Source: Tetramitus jugosus (lineage: Eukaryota; Protista; Heterolobosea). Taken from it: DNA of 64,000 nt. Numbering within the stretch: the stretch's first letter is position 1; each line of letters opens with the position of its first letter. The DNA is taken from the NCBI GenBank assembly GCA_937625935.1, contig OW569348.1:496001-560000 (forward strand), read 5' to 3'. Positions 45,139-55,660 of this stretch are shown here, piece after piece. A program made the translations under genes and the position numbers. The notes beneath the pieces are model-generated. The model had not been told where the DNA came from. It saw nothing but the letters and a program-made list of their open reading frames with translations, and ran no database searches.

Positions 45139-45664
45139 AGGACGTAATACTGGCAACCAAACATAAGCATTTCAGTTGAATCAATGTTTGCTCAATTTAT
45201 AATGAGATTATTCACTATGTATGCTCGAACCATTGATGGGTGGATCAAAGTAGGCGCATCACGTTCTCTCAGCTCAAGTTTCTTCATCAGTTAAACTCCA
45301 AAGATGTATTCTTTTCTCTTTACCACAATTCTTAGAGTCAGCCTTGTTCAGGCAAAAATGATAATCATCTCTGGCCTCTTAAGAGTACTCTCTAATCCGT
45401 CATACTTGTATCTCGAAATCCACGGCTTCTGGTTTGTTTATGTGTTTATGGGAGATTAGTTCAAATCCTCCATGAGAGGTTGCGTTATTGGTAGTGACCC
45501 CATCGCTGCCTGAATACAACAGGACAAAAATAGCCCCAAAAAACTTTCTCGCCATCGGCAAAATATGACTCGAAATCTCTGCACGAAATTCCAAGCTGTT
45601 TTGATCTCAACAACCAACAAACAACAAACACACATCATCAATCTCTAGAAGAAATTGTATCGTC

Positions 45665-46571
45665 ATGTCCACCACTCGTAAACCATTTGTAGGCGGTAAC
45701 TGGAAAGCCGTATGTAATTCACCACCACCAACCAACCAACCACATCTTATATTTGACCCCCAAAAAGCTTTCAATCATTCAAGACTAACACAACAAACAA
45801 CAATAACAACAACAACCAACTTTAAAATCAACAATAACACTTTGATCACAGAACGGAAACACAAAGTCCAATGCCGACCTCATCAAACTATTGAATGAGT
45901 CACAGATTGCAGCAGACAAGGTTGATGTCATTGTCGCTCCCTCCACCATTCACATCACCTCTGTTCAATCTCAATTGCGCAAAGATGTGTTTGTCTCGGC
46001 TCAAAACTGTTACATGGACTCTGGTGCATTCACTGGTGAGACATCGATTGACATGCTCAAGGACCTCTCTATTCAACATGTCATTCTTGGTCACAGTGAA
46101 CGAAGACACGTGTTTGGTGAGAATGACGCACTGATTGCAAAGAAGACATTGAAGGCATTGCAGAGTGGACTCGTTGTCATTTTGTGCGTCGGTGAAAAGT
46201 TGGACGAGAGAGAGGGCAATCAGACTGAACAAGTGCTCCAGACTCAATTGAGTGCATCTGCTCAATTGTTGGCAGACAATAAGGACTTGTGGAAGAATGT
46301 GGTTGTGGCTTATGAACCAGTGTGGGCCATTGGAACAGGCAAGACTGCTTCTCCACAGCAAGCACAAGACGCTCATGCATTCATTCGTCAATGGTTGGCT
46401 CAGAATGTGAGTCAACAAGTGGCTGATGAGACCAGAATCATCTACGGTGGTAGTGTCAAGGCATCCAACAGTGATGAATTGTTCCTCGGAAAGGACATTG
46501 ATGGTTTCTTGGTCGGTGGTGCCAGTTTGAACGCAGAGTTCATCTCCATTATTGCCAGTGCTGCCAAGTGA
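45665..46571 (+). CDS. TPI1: Triosephosphate isomerase; exons 45665-45709, 45852-46571
   Basis: FVGGNWKA|NG, LGHSERR, AYEPVWAIGTG, YGGSV, LVGGASL. Intron GTATGT...GACTAAC...CAG. Confidence 0.98.
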
Positions 46572-46652
46572 CTTACTAGTCGATTGTAAAGCTTTACGTC
46601 ACTGATTACTCAATAAACACACGACATGGGAATTGTTTGTTGCAACACCTCT

Positions 46653-48224
46653 TTATTTCATGCAGCTGAGGAGCATGTGCAATCCATTTGGTTTGTGCAG
46701 CTCATACAGCTTTGATCTTGTGACTGATTGGTGATCGATACTTGTGTCCTGCTCTTGTGTCAATCTCTCCTGCTCCTTCATCTCCCTTCGATTCCAACCT
46801 TTACTAACCGTTGATCTCGGTGTACAGACACAGAAAGAAGGAGAATACAATGTAAATCCGGTGTATTCCATGCCAGGTCTGAATACAACTCGAAGTCGAA
46901 ATTGTGAATTGAGAAAGCGATGAGAGTCATAGAGTGGATTAATGCCGAATCGGACCAACAGAACGCCTCCCTTCATACGATGGATCGAAAGAATCAGGAT
47001 ACTGTCGATGGATGGTTGTCCAATGGGATCAGCACATTTCCATGAACCCCTCTCGAGCATGGATGGGTGAGTATTGTGTCCTGAAGGGAGAAGAACTTGA
47101 TGAAGATGCTTGGCATGCACGAGATCAATGAATAAACTGTTTCTCATTGTGAAGTTATCCATTGCTTCTAAGCAAGACTCATCCACATTCTCAAACCTCA
47201 GGTCATACTTGTTCTTGAATGAATGAGTGTTCAATATTGTCGGAAAACTACCTTCCTCTGCAATCCTGTAATGGTCATCCCGACAACTCTTGAACCACAT
47301 TCGCACATTACAAGTTGGTAGGACCATTGGATCCTCTTCGTCTTCTTCGCCCGTTTCACTGTCTGAAGAGTGATTTTGGCTAGCACGTCTACAAACTCGC
47401 CTTCTCTTTGGGTTGTGTCCATGCTTCGAGGAGCTTGTTGAACGATCTTTCATTTCTCCAACATCATCCACTTCTCCAGACGATGATGAGGATAAAGATT
47501 CATTATTACCATTCTTGTTGAGAGATCCTCCTCGACTTCTACGAGTGAGGCTCTTCTTGCGAACATCTCCCGTGCAATACTTGTCAAATTGTTCATCGTC
47601 CATATCGGCCAGATCAACCAGCGAAGTTCTTCTAATGGCTTGTCTCTTTCGCGTCGATCGACGTTGTGGAGTACTGGGTGTAGCACCAGAAGAAAATGCT
47701 TCTTCTCCAGAGCTTGCAGTAGTAGAGTTACTGGAGCTTCTCTTTCTTGAACCTGGGAATGAAAAGCTATTGTCTTGTTGTTTCTTGATCCCTCTGGATT
47801 TCATGTTATTTCTCTTGGTGGGAGTCGTAGGTGTCTTTCTTGTTCGAACTCTCAAGGAAGATTCCTTTGGTCTATCGAGATTGTGCTCATCATCATCGTC
47901 GTCATTGCCATCAAAAATATTCTCTCCACTATCATCATCGGTGCAACTTGCTTGGCCAACGTCATCATCGTCATTGACGAGATCTGATGCTACTGGTGAT
48001 CTGGGACTGCGAGATCGTCTGATGAGTCTGCGACGAGTGGGAGAAACCGTAGTTGTCGAAACCGTGTCTTCGTTAAGCGCAAGTTGAGTGGTTTCTTCTG
48101 GTTCTTCATCTGATCTGGTCTCAGGGATGATCATATGTTTGTCATTCATTGGTACAGACTCAATAGATGAGAGGTTGGAAGATTCTTCGTTGGTTTCCGA
48201 TACTATCCTATCGTCCGTGCTCAT
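46653..48224 (-). CDS. Hypothetical nuclear protein, disordered N-terminus plus C-terminal beta-rich domain
   Basis: ATG 48224 (track start 48323 lies inside the tRNA). Basic NLS-like clusters (PKRRRV) and a globular C-terminal region of about 190 aa. Confidence 0.7.
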   Translation of the reverse strand: MSTDDRIVSETNEESSNLSSIESVPMNDKHMIIPETRSDEEPEETTQLALNEDTVSTTTVSPTRRRLIRRSRSPRSPVASDLVNDDDDVGQASCTDDDSGENIFDGNDDDDDEHNLDRPKESSLRVRTRKTPTTPTKRNNMKSRGIKKQQDNSFSFPGSRKRSSSNSTTASSGEEAFSSGATPSTPQRRSTRKRQAIRRTSLVDLADMDDEQFDKYCTGDVRKKSLTRRSRGGSLNKNGNNESLSSSSSGEVDDVGEMKDRSTSSSKHGHNPKRRRVCRRASQNHSSDSETGEEDEEDPMVLPTCNVRMWFKSCRDDHYRIAEEGSFPTILNTHSFKNKYDLRFENVDESCLEAMDNFTMRNSLFIDLVHAKHLHQVLLPSGHNTHPSMLERGSWKCADPIGQPSIDSILILSIHRMKGGVLLVRFGINPLYDSHRFLNSQFRLRVVFRPGMEYTGFTLYSPSFCVCTPRSTVSKGWNRREMKEQERLTQEQDTSIDHQSVTRSKLYELHKPNGLHMLLSCMK

Positions 48225-48277
48225 GATTCTGCTTGATTTTTGGTGGTTGTATGAAGAACGGAGAGTGGTAAAAAGAT

Positions 48278-48374
48278 CTCCCATACCGGGACTCGAACCC
48301 GGGTCTTCCGGGAACTTTTGCATTTCAGCCTGGAAGTGAAAGCCGGATATCCTAACCAGCTAGACTATATGGGA
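48278..48374 (-). tRNA. tRNA-Glu(TTC) with 24-nt intron at canonical 37/38 position (48313-48336)
   Basis: TCCCATA/TATGGGA acceptor stem, D arm GTCTAGCTGGTTAGGAT, anticodon stem TCCGG/CCGGA with CT-TTC-A, T loop GGTTCGAGTCC, followed by a TTTTT terminator (48270-48274). Confidence 0.96.
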
Positions 48375-48730
48375 TCATATTAATTGGAATACTCTAAATT
48401 AATAAATATTTATTTTTTGGCTCTGCCTTGATCTTCTTTCGAGGGTCTTCGACCCTCATTGTTTGGGATTAATCAAGCTTTGGATGGGTGACGTTCGCCA
48501 ACCTTGGCAGATTGCTCTATTGGAGTAAGTACGACTGAGTGTTATCAGTTTGTGATAAAAGATGAAAAGAGAACTATATCACAATCATCTCCTTCTATCC
48601 GAGTCATTAGATCTATTTCCCTTCTCGGGGATGTCACATCCGAATAAAGTAGTGGTGATTGATAGAAAGAGCGAAGTGTTCCATGAAAAAAACGGGCGAC
48701 ACACCTCCGTGAAACAAACAATAATTATTC

Positions 48731-50057
48731 ATGTCGCAACAAATACTCGAAAATAGGCAAGGCACTCAGTCCACTTCGACAGCCACCACCACAGCAGCGA
48801 CTCACAACAATGAAACATGTGTCACATGTCGAATGACTAGTTTGCGCGATAGTAAACTGGGAAATTACACGACACACAAATTCAATCAGATTTACCAAGA
48901 ATTGTTCGTTTCATTTGATGGTGTGGACGGTGGTGTCTGTGGAAGTTGTTACAAGAAGTGCTACAATGAACGAGTCAAGCGGTAAGTCAAAAATGCACAG
49001 TTTTTTCATGACACGTTCCGTCATGTGTGAAAATATTAATCCCGCTCTCTCAATTATCCGCCTGTTTTACAGAGGAATTCTGCATCGAAAAGACAAGGGT
49101 CACTTGACCACTTCGAATATTGTCACTGGAGTGCGGGAACGTCGGTCAACAACATTGGCCAACACAACCACTGCTGCCGCCGCCGCCACTATAGCCAACA
49201 CTGAACCACAACAGCAACCCAAACGATCCAACAAGCGCAACAGGCATCAATACAACAACAACGAAAACAGCAAGAATGACCCATCACCACCATCAACAAC
49301 ACGACAACAATTTTCATCGACAAAAAAGAAGCGCGAAAATAGTCTACAACAACCACCATCCTCCATGAACAACAATCATTCATCCTCATCCTCAACACAA
49401 GTGAACAACAACAATCACCATGAACTACAACTACAACACTCTCACACCAACAATAACAATGATCTCATAACCAGTGATCACTTCAACAGCAGTACTACTA
49501 CGACAACAATCTCTTCTCATCATGATCAGCATCAGCAGCATCACTATGCATCAACAATAGCAACTGCCGTTGAACCCACAGTCAACGTTTACTTTGATTT
49601 TCGGTTGTTGTTACCTGATCAAGATAACAAACAACAACAACAACAACACCATCATCATCATCATAATGATGATAACGAAAATGAGGATGATTCATATGAA
49701 TTTGATCGAACGAGCAAACGAATTCAAATTGTCAAGGCAAGCATTGCATCTGCTTTGCCCGTCACTGCACTCAAACGAGAAGTTAAATTTGAATTGAAGG
49801 AATTGTTGTTGATTCAACATCAGCAACATCAGTATAAACAACAGCGCAATAACAGTACGATTGGCAACAGTACCAACAACAAATCAAAACATGATGACCA
49901 GCCGTACAAGTTGGATGATATCAAACTGTTTGAACGAGATGCCTCAGGACAGATTATTGAAGTAGATTTGATGGATGACGATGAATTCTTTATGCAGACA
50001 CCAATTGAGGATAAAACTCGATTTGTAGTGTATTTGCGGCCCAACTCTACACATTGA
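48731..50057 (+). CDS. Zinc-finger (CxxC...CxxC) protein with N/Q/H-rich linker; exons 48731-48981, 49073-50057
   Basis: GTAAGT donor 48982 and TTTTACAG acceptor 49072 join the ORFs in frame (VKR|GILH). N-terminal CVTC...CGSCYKKC. Confidence 0.75.
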
Positions 50058-50233
50058 ATAAAACCATATTCACGAACACGTATGCATGTCGTAATCGTAG
50101 TTATCGTAGTTGCAAGATCGTGTGTGACACACTGCGCTACGGTGGACCATAAATAGTTTCGAAATGTACTAAAAAAAATTCATGCGTCTTGCATACAACC
50201 AAAACAAAAGAACTTTGAGAGTATTGTCATTGT

Positions 50234-50641
50234 ATGAGTATGAACTTTAATCGAACCCTGAAGAGTATTGTGTGCTTTCAACCGATCAGATCTGCATCTC
50301 GGTGCTACTCTGCCAACTATCCAGACATGAGCGAGACGGTTGCTCTTCGAATCAAATCGATTAAACCTCGAGGCTCGCCACCCAAAAAGATCGTTGTATC
50401 AGAGTCGCTTCCCACGATGAACAGAGCAGACGAAGCACACATCATGAATACTCTATGGAAGAACAAAGTCAATCCATTGGATGAAGAGCAATCACGCTCA
50501 CTCATTGCTGAAACTGTTCGAGACACCTATCCCACTCTCTCCGAACTGCAGGCAAGAGAAGTGGAGAACAAGATTTATCAGAGATTAATTGAAAAGAGCA
50601 ATGGACATCGCTTCAGAGAAGAAACTGTTGTATTCGAATAA
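50234..50641 (+). CDS. Small hypothetical protein, probable mitochondrial presequence
   Basis: 135 aa ORF fills the gap between neighbours; R/S-rich, acid-free N-terminus ending RCYS. Confidence 0.65.
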   Translation: MSMNFNRTLKSIVCFQPIRSASRCYSANYPDMSETVALRIKSIKPRGSPPKKIVVSESLPTMNRADEAHIMNTLWKNKVNPLDEEQSRSLIAETVRDTYPTLSELQAREVENKIYQRLIEKSNGHRFREETVVFE

Positions 50642-50699
50642 TTTGGTTTTGTTACATAAATATGATACGATAGTATTCTTGTTTGAAGATTGACGACAT

Positions 50700-52308
50700 C
50701 TAGAGATTCAAGGTTTTCAATAGATGAGAATTCAACTTCTTTTCTTCATCTGTCATTACCTTGTCCAGCATGTTGTTTCTCTTTGACTGATTCATCTGTT
50801 GTTCCAGCTCAATTCGATTTCTGAGAGCTTGTTCCTTCTTTCTCTTGATTCTCTCCTCTTCTTCGCGCTTTGCCTGTTCAATCTGTGTTTCAAGTGCCAC
50901 TTTCTCTCTATGTCGTTCGTCAAGTAATCTCTTAATTTCCTCCTGTCTGTTCGCAATTTGCTTAGCGAGGACATCGTTAGTGACCTCCTTATCTCTCAAT
51001 TGACGTTCAACCTTCCGTTGGAACTCTTCTTCTTTCACCTTTTGAATTCGTTCTTGCTCCAACAATGCCTTTCGTTCGTCCTCCTTCGATTTTTCTTCCA
51101 TGTTTGCATATATCTTATGACCAAGTGCAATGGCGTGAGACTGCCTTTCATACATCTTTCTCATATCTTCTTCTCTTCTTCGTTCTTGCTGTTCTTGTCT
51201 CTCTATGGATTCTTGTAGCAGTTGCTTGTCTGTTTCTTGTTCTGCTCGCATCTCCTGGGCCTTTCTAATTTTCAATTGCTCATTATATGACAAGAAGTTT
51301 ACAATCTCTTCCTTATGTTTTTGCTTTTTCGATAGTTCCTTTGACTTCTCCTTATTAATTCTTCTTCTCAGTTCCTTCACTTGTTGCTCTTCTTCCAATT
51401 TTCTGCTCTCTTCGGTGGCCATTCTTCGAGCATTTGATGCTTGCATTTGATCCTCTCTGATTCTCTTCTCTTGCATTATTCTTTCTTTTCGTTGGTGCTC
51501 TATCATTTCATGCTCTCGCTCTTGTCTCAATCTTTCTTGTCTCTGTTCCTCGGCAAATCGTCTTTCCTGCTCTTCTCTTTTAAGTTGGGACGATTTGTTT
51601 TGATTGACTTGTGAATCTAAATCAGATCTCAGCTTTTTCTTCTGCTCGTGAACCTTCTGATACTGTTGCTTCAATTCTTCAGAATAGACATGAGCTTCCT
51701 TAACAGCGATTGCGGCCCATACATCTTCCCCAAAGTCCTTTGGTCTGGGCTGATATTTTTGTTTCGAGCTTCGGTCTGTTGATGAAGAGATTCTCATTCT
51801 GTCAGTGTTATCATGAGGTAAATCTTGAGAGTTGAGTTGATCTCGAGAGTGCGTGGAAGAACTAGTTCCGGACAATATCTCTGTATCTAGCTTTGGGATT
51901 GTGGTTTTGGAACTAGAGGTTCTCTGAGAAGCCTGGGATTGAGTACCCAATAATTTTCCTAACTCAATGACTACACTCTGTAAGTCAGATTCAGTACTTG
52001 AACCACTCTTAATAATTCTCTCACACTGGTCTGAGATGAATCTCATAGATTCACTGTCCAGTGTCACCTAATAATCATGATAAGAAATCACCAGACAAAA
52101 TTCGTTACTATCAACACTCATGCAACACCATTGCACAAGAACAATAACTTACATTTCTGTATTGTTTCCTAAACTTTTGAATCACTCTCTCTATCATTAG
52201 AGCTTTTAATTTGTCTTTTCGTTGAGATTGTGTGCTTGCTCTACTCTGATTGGATGATGCAATCGAAGCAGACTTGCGGTAAGTGGACCCTCCAGTTATG
52301 CTACTCAT
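50700..52308 (-). CDS. Trichohyalin-like E/K/R/Q coiled-coil protein, probable axonemal protein; exons 52308-52153, 52067-50700
   Basis: Phase-0 intron 52068-52152 (GTAAGT...TAG). DVWAAI, repeated L..Q motifs and terminal MTDEEKKLN resemble helical axonemal filament proteins. Confidence 0.72.
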
Positions 52309-52485
52309 TTGTTCTACTTGTGAGTATGTTATTCAATTCAATTGGGCAATCCAAATATTGGTTGGTTCTTCTGCGTTTCTTACACCAAATTGTTGTTGAG
52401 AACAAAACAGTTAAGTTTTTTGTACCTGACACCGGTAGATGGCCGTTTTCATTTTGGCGCGAACGACAACCCTAAAACGACTGGC

Positions 52486-53784
52486 TCAGAAAATGTGGAT
52501 TTTATCAGTGGTGACACCATACTCCTCCCGACAGATATTCTTGATCTCTTGACAAAAGTCATCAGTACCACACAACAAAATTTGACCTGCATCCTTCATT
52601 GGTATATCTTGAGCAATGTGCTTTAGCGCTTCAGAATTAATTCGTCCTTGGTGCATCTGTGCCGCACCCTCTCCTGTCATGTCAGTGGTTGGCTTACTGA
52701 TAAAATAGTGAACCTTCAATTTGTTTGGATAACGCTCCGAGAGTAGATTTAATTCGCTGTGTAAGAGAATGTCTTTCTCTGCTCTGCAACCGTACAACAA
52801 GTACATCTTGGTCGTATCTTGCTCATTATTCACAACATGCTGTATAATTTGATACATGGGAGTGATTCCAGTGCCCATTGCTATCATGACAATATTATTG
52901 TTAGGCAACGAGGAATACTCATAGATTCCAAACGGACCCCTCATCAACAACCGATCTCCAATCTCCATATTGAAAATGTGCTTACTCACAACTCCATTTT
53001 CATACTTTTTGATCAACAATTCAAAGTAGCCCGCTTGATCTGATCGCACTGGTGTGTACTTGCGCACGATTCTGTTAGGTTTGCCCGTGATTTCATCCTC
53101 CTGGACAACACACACTTGAATGTGCTTTCCCGGTGGAATGCATAGCACGGATGACCGAGAGTGCAACTTAAACTTAAATATGCTAGAATCGTCACTGAGA
53201 TTCAATTTGTTGACAAGCTTGTACCGTTTGAATGATATGGAACTCATTGGCGATTCACTATTACTATTGGTCTCTTGTCGAATCTTCACGCCACTGTCGT
53301 TGCTACTGATGCTGCTTCCATTGACATCTGTACTGGTGGGTGCAGGTGTCTTTGATGATGGAACAGCCCACGATTTTTGCATTTCCTGCAACTTTTTCAG
53401 TCGCTGATCATTGCTACTCTTGAGAAACGGATACTGTGCATTCGAATTTCCACTTGCACTATTCCTGCTATTATACACTGATAGATGATTTTGCTGTGCA
53501 AATCTGGTCAAATTGTTATGAGATCCACTTGTGATGCTGTTTCGATTGTTCAACTCACCTACATAGTAATCATCCAGTAGGGCACGTGCTTTCTGTGAGT
53601 GAAACATGGCCTCGAAATCAGATGTAGAGTCCTTTCCTGCGTTACGGAACATGAGATCAAATCCACCGGGATGCTTGTCCATGTAATGAGTCACATCATA
53701 TACCTTTTCATGAACAATTGTGTAGCAGTCTTCTTTTGTGTTGTGCTGAGCAACCTCATCTCTGGTAAAATACTTGGTTGTCAT
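52486..53784 (-). CDS. Soluble cytochrome b5 / cytochrome b5 reductase fusion (CYB5R4-like)
   Basis: b5 HPGG and FH heme ligands; FNR-family RKYTP, GVVS, MGTGITPM, LLCG. Confidence 0.9.
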   Translation of the reverse strand: MTTKYFTRDEVAQHNTKEDCYTIVHEKVYDVTHYMDKHPGGFDLMFRNAGKDSTSDFEAMFHSQKARALLDDYYVGELNNRNSITSGSHNNLTRFAQQNHLSVYNSRNSASGNSNAQYPFLKSSNDQRLKKLQEMQKSWAVPSSKTPAPTSTDVNGSSISSNDSGVKIRQETNSNSESPMSSISFKRYKLVNKLNLSDDSSIFKFKLHSRSSVLCIPPGKHIQVCVVQEDEITGKPNRIVRKYTPVRSDQAGYFELLIKKYENGVVSKHIFNMEIGDRLLMRGPFGIYEYSSLPNNNIVMIAMGTGITPMYQIIQHVVNNEQDTTKMYLLYGCRAEKDILLHSELNLLSERYPNKLKVHYFISKPTTDMTGEGAAQMHQGRINSEALKHIAQDIPMKDAGQILLCGTDDFCQEIKNICREEYGVTTDKIHIF

Positions 53785-53929
53785 CTTGTTTTGTGTGATT
53801 GCTCGCTAATCTATATTGGAACAAAAGCACTTGTTGCGTGTTTTTATCTCTCCGCGTTGTGTTTTTCTCTCTTTTTAATTTTTCCTCCCGTGTGAAACAA
53901 AAGCTACTAGTCAACACACTCCAGCAATC

Positions 53930-55360
53930 ATGTCTCGCATATTCCGATCACCCAACAAAAACTATCCCTATGGTCACTACAGGGCACATCATCTCCAATC
54001 CATGTCTCAACATCCACATCACTCACAAAGTGTTGAAGACTTGCAAGCCATTTGCAACAATTGTGTCAATTCAGGTGAAGGAGAAGAGTCTCAATTTCAA
54101 GAATATTTGAGCAGAACAAAGGAAGAGATTGTCAATTTATTCAAACTGTTTGACAAGAAGAATGCTGGCTATGTGATGATTGAAGACTTGTTCACTCAGC
54201 TCAGAGATCTCGGATTGCACACGAATCGGAAGCACATACAGAAACATGTGCGGAAAATGGCCCGCAATGGAAAAATTGAGCTATTGGAGTTTACAAAGAT
54301 TATGACGGGGAAGCCTCACGTGGTACAAAGAGCGTTGAACAATCAGTTGGCCATCCCTAACTTTCAAGAATTTTGTCAAGAGCTACAAGTCCTATTCGAT
54401 GATACAATTCCCAATCATCAGGGATTTCTGCCGCATTATATACCAGAGCTTGCCAATGTGAATCCTGATTGGTTCGGTGTGTCGATATGCACAGTGGATG
54501 GTCAGACATTCTCCTGTGGAGATTCTGATCAATCTTTTTCACTGCAAGCTGCCGTTCTTCCATTGGCATACTGCCTCGCTTGTGAGCAGGGTGGTGTTGA
54601 AAAAGTGCACGAGTACATTGGTAGAGAACCGAGTGGATCAGCATTTAATGCCTTTGTGCTAAATGCTGATAACAAGCCGCACAATCCCATGGTGAACACT
54701 GGAGGTATCGTTGTGTGTAGCTTGTTGGAACCCAAAGATGATCCATCATTGAGATTCGGTATGTTGTATGACAAGATTAGTGCCATGGCCGGTGAGGCCA
54801 AAATTACATTCCACCAGAGAATGTACCTCAGTGAGAAATCGCATGGAGAACGCAATTTTGCATTGGCTTACTATATGCGTGGTGCTGGCGTAAAGGGACT
54901 TCAAGACGTACGGATGCATGACGTGCTAGACTTTTATTTCCAGACATGCTCTATCCAATGCACTACGCAGGACTTGTCTGTAATTGCAGGCACTCTTGCT
55001 AGTGGTGGTGTGTGTCCTCTGACAAGGAAACGTGTGTTATCGACAGAGACTGTCAAAAACTGTCTATCACTACTGTACTCCTGTGGCATGTACGATTATT
55101 CTGGTCAATGGGCATTTCAGATTGGTCTTCCTAGTAAGTCTGGTGTCTCTGGTTGCATAATGGTCATCATTCCAAATGTAATGGGTTTGGCTATCTATTC
55201 TCCACGTATCGACAAGCGAGGCAACAGCGTCCGGGGTATTGAATTTTGCAGAAAGATAACGAGCAAGTTCAACTTGAGTATTTTCGATGAATTGGTCGGC
55301 TCCTATGCCAAACCTGACCCAACCTCGACATCCAATCCAACAACACCAATATTCAATTAG
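53930..55360 (+). CDS. Glutaminase-family protein with N-terminal EF-hand-like region; catalytic S-x-x-K replaced
   Basis: YIPELA, CTVDGQ, GREPSG, KPHNPMVNTG, SCGMYDYSG, PSKSGVSG, GNSVRG. FSLQAAVLP in place of FxxQSxxKP. Confidence 0.92.
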   Translation: MSRIFRSPNKNYPYGHYRAHHLQSMSQHPHHSQSVEDLQAICNNCVNSGEGEESQFQEYLSRTKEEIVNLFKLFDKKNAGYVMIEDLFTQLRDLGLHTNRKHIQKHVRKMARNGKIELLEFTKIMTGKPHVVQRALNNQLAIPNFQEFCQELQVLFDDTIPNHQGFLPHYIPELANVNPDWFGVSICTVDGQTFSCGDSDQSFSLQAAVLPLAYCLACEQGGVEKVHEYIGREPSGSAFNAFVLNADNKPHNPMVNTGGIVVCSLLEPKDDPSLRFGMLYDKISAMAGEAKITFHQRMYLSEKSHGERNFALAYYMRGAGVKGLQDVRMHDVLDFYFQTCSIQCTTQDLSVIAGTLASGGVCPLTRKRVLSTETVKNCLSLLYSCGMYDYSGQWAFQIGLPSKSGVSGCIMVIIPNVMGLAIYSPRIDKRGNSVRGIEFCRKITSKFNLSIFDELVGSYAKPDPTSTSNPTTPIFN

Positions 55361-55660
55361 CAAGATTTTCTGGTTGTATACATCTATGGTAGTTGTTGGC
55401 CAAATTCTCCGCTGCTTTTATTACTTTCCGCGCATGAATCGTTTGGCACAAGCGATTATTTTCATGTCGAATCCATGAAGGAATCTTCGCTCATTTTTAT
55501 AACCAGCGAGGTGTCTCAGGTGACAGGTTTTATCTTCATCCCAGTTCTTATCCAATCATCAACAGAAACAACAACGAAGCACTTCGAGCCGATAGGAAAA
55601 ACGTGCTCTTCTTCAATCTTCTGTCAGATAGTCAACCACAGACACCTTATCTAAAGTTAA

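Noticed and set aside
45139-45664. Relatively long gap with B-box-like AGTTCAAATCC and short minus-strand ORFs
   Set aside because: No cloverleaf, A-box or coherent spliced ORF could be built.
48225-48323. N-terminal extension of the 46653-48323 ORF
   Set aside because: The ATG lies within the tRNA intron; the extension is translated tRNA sequence.
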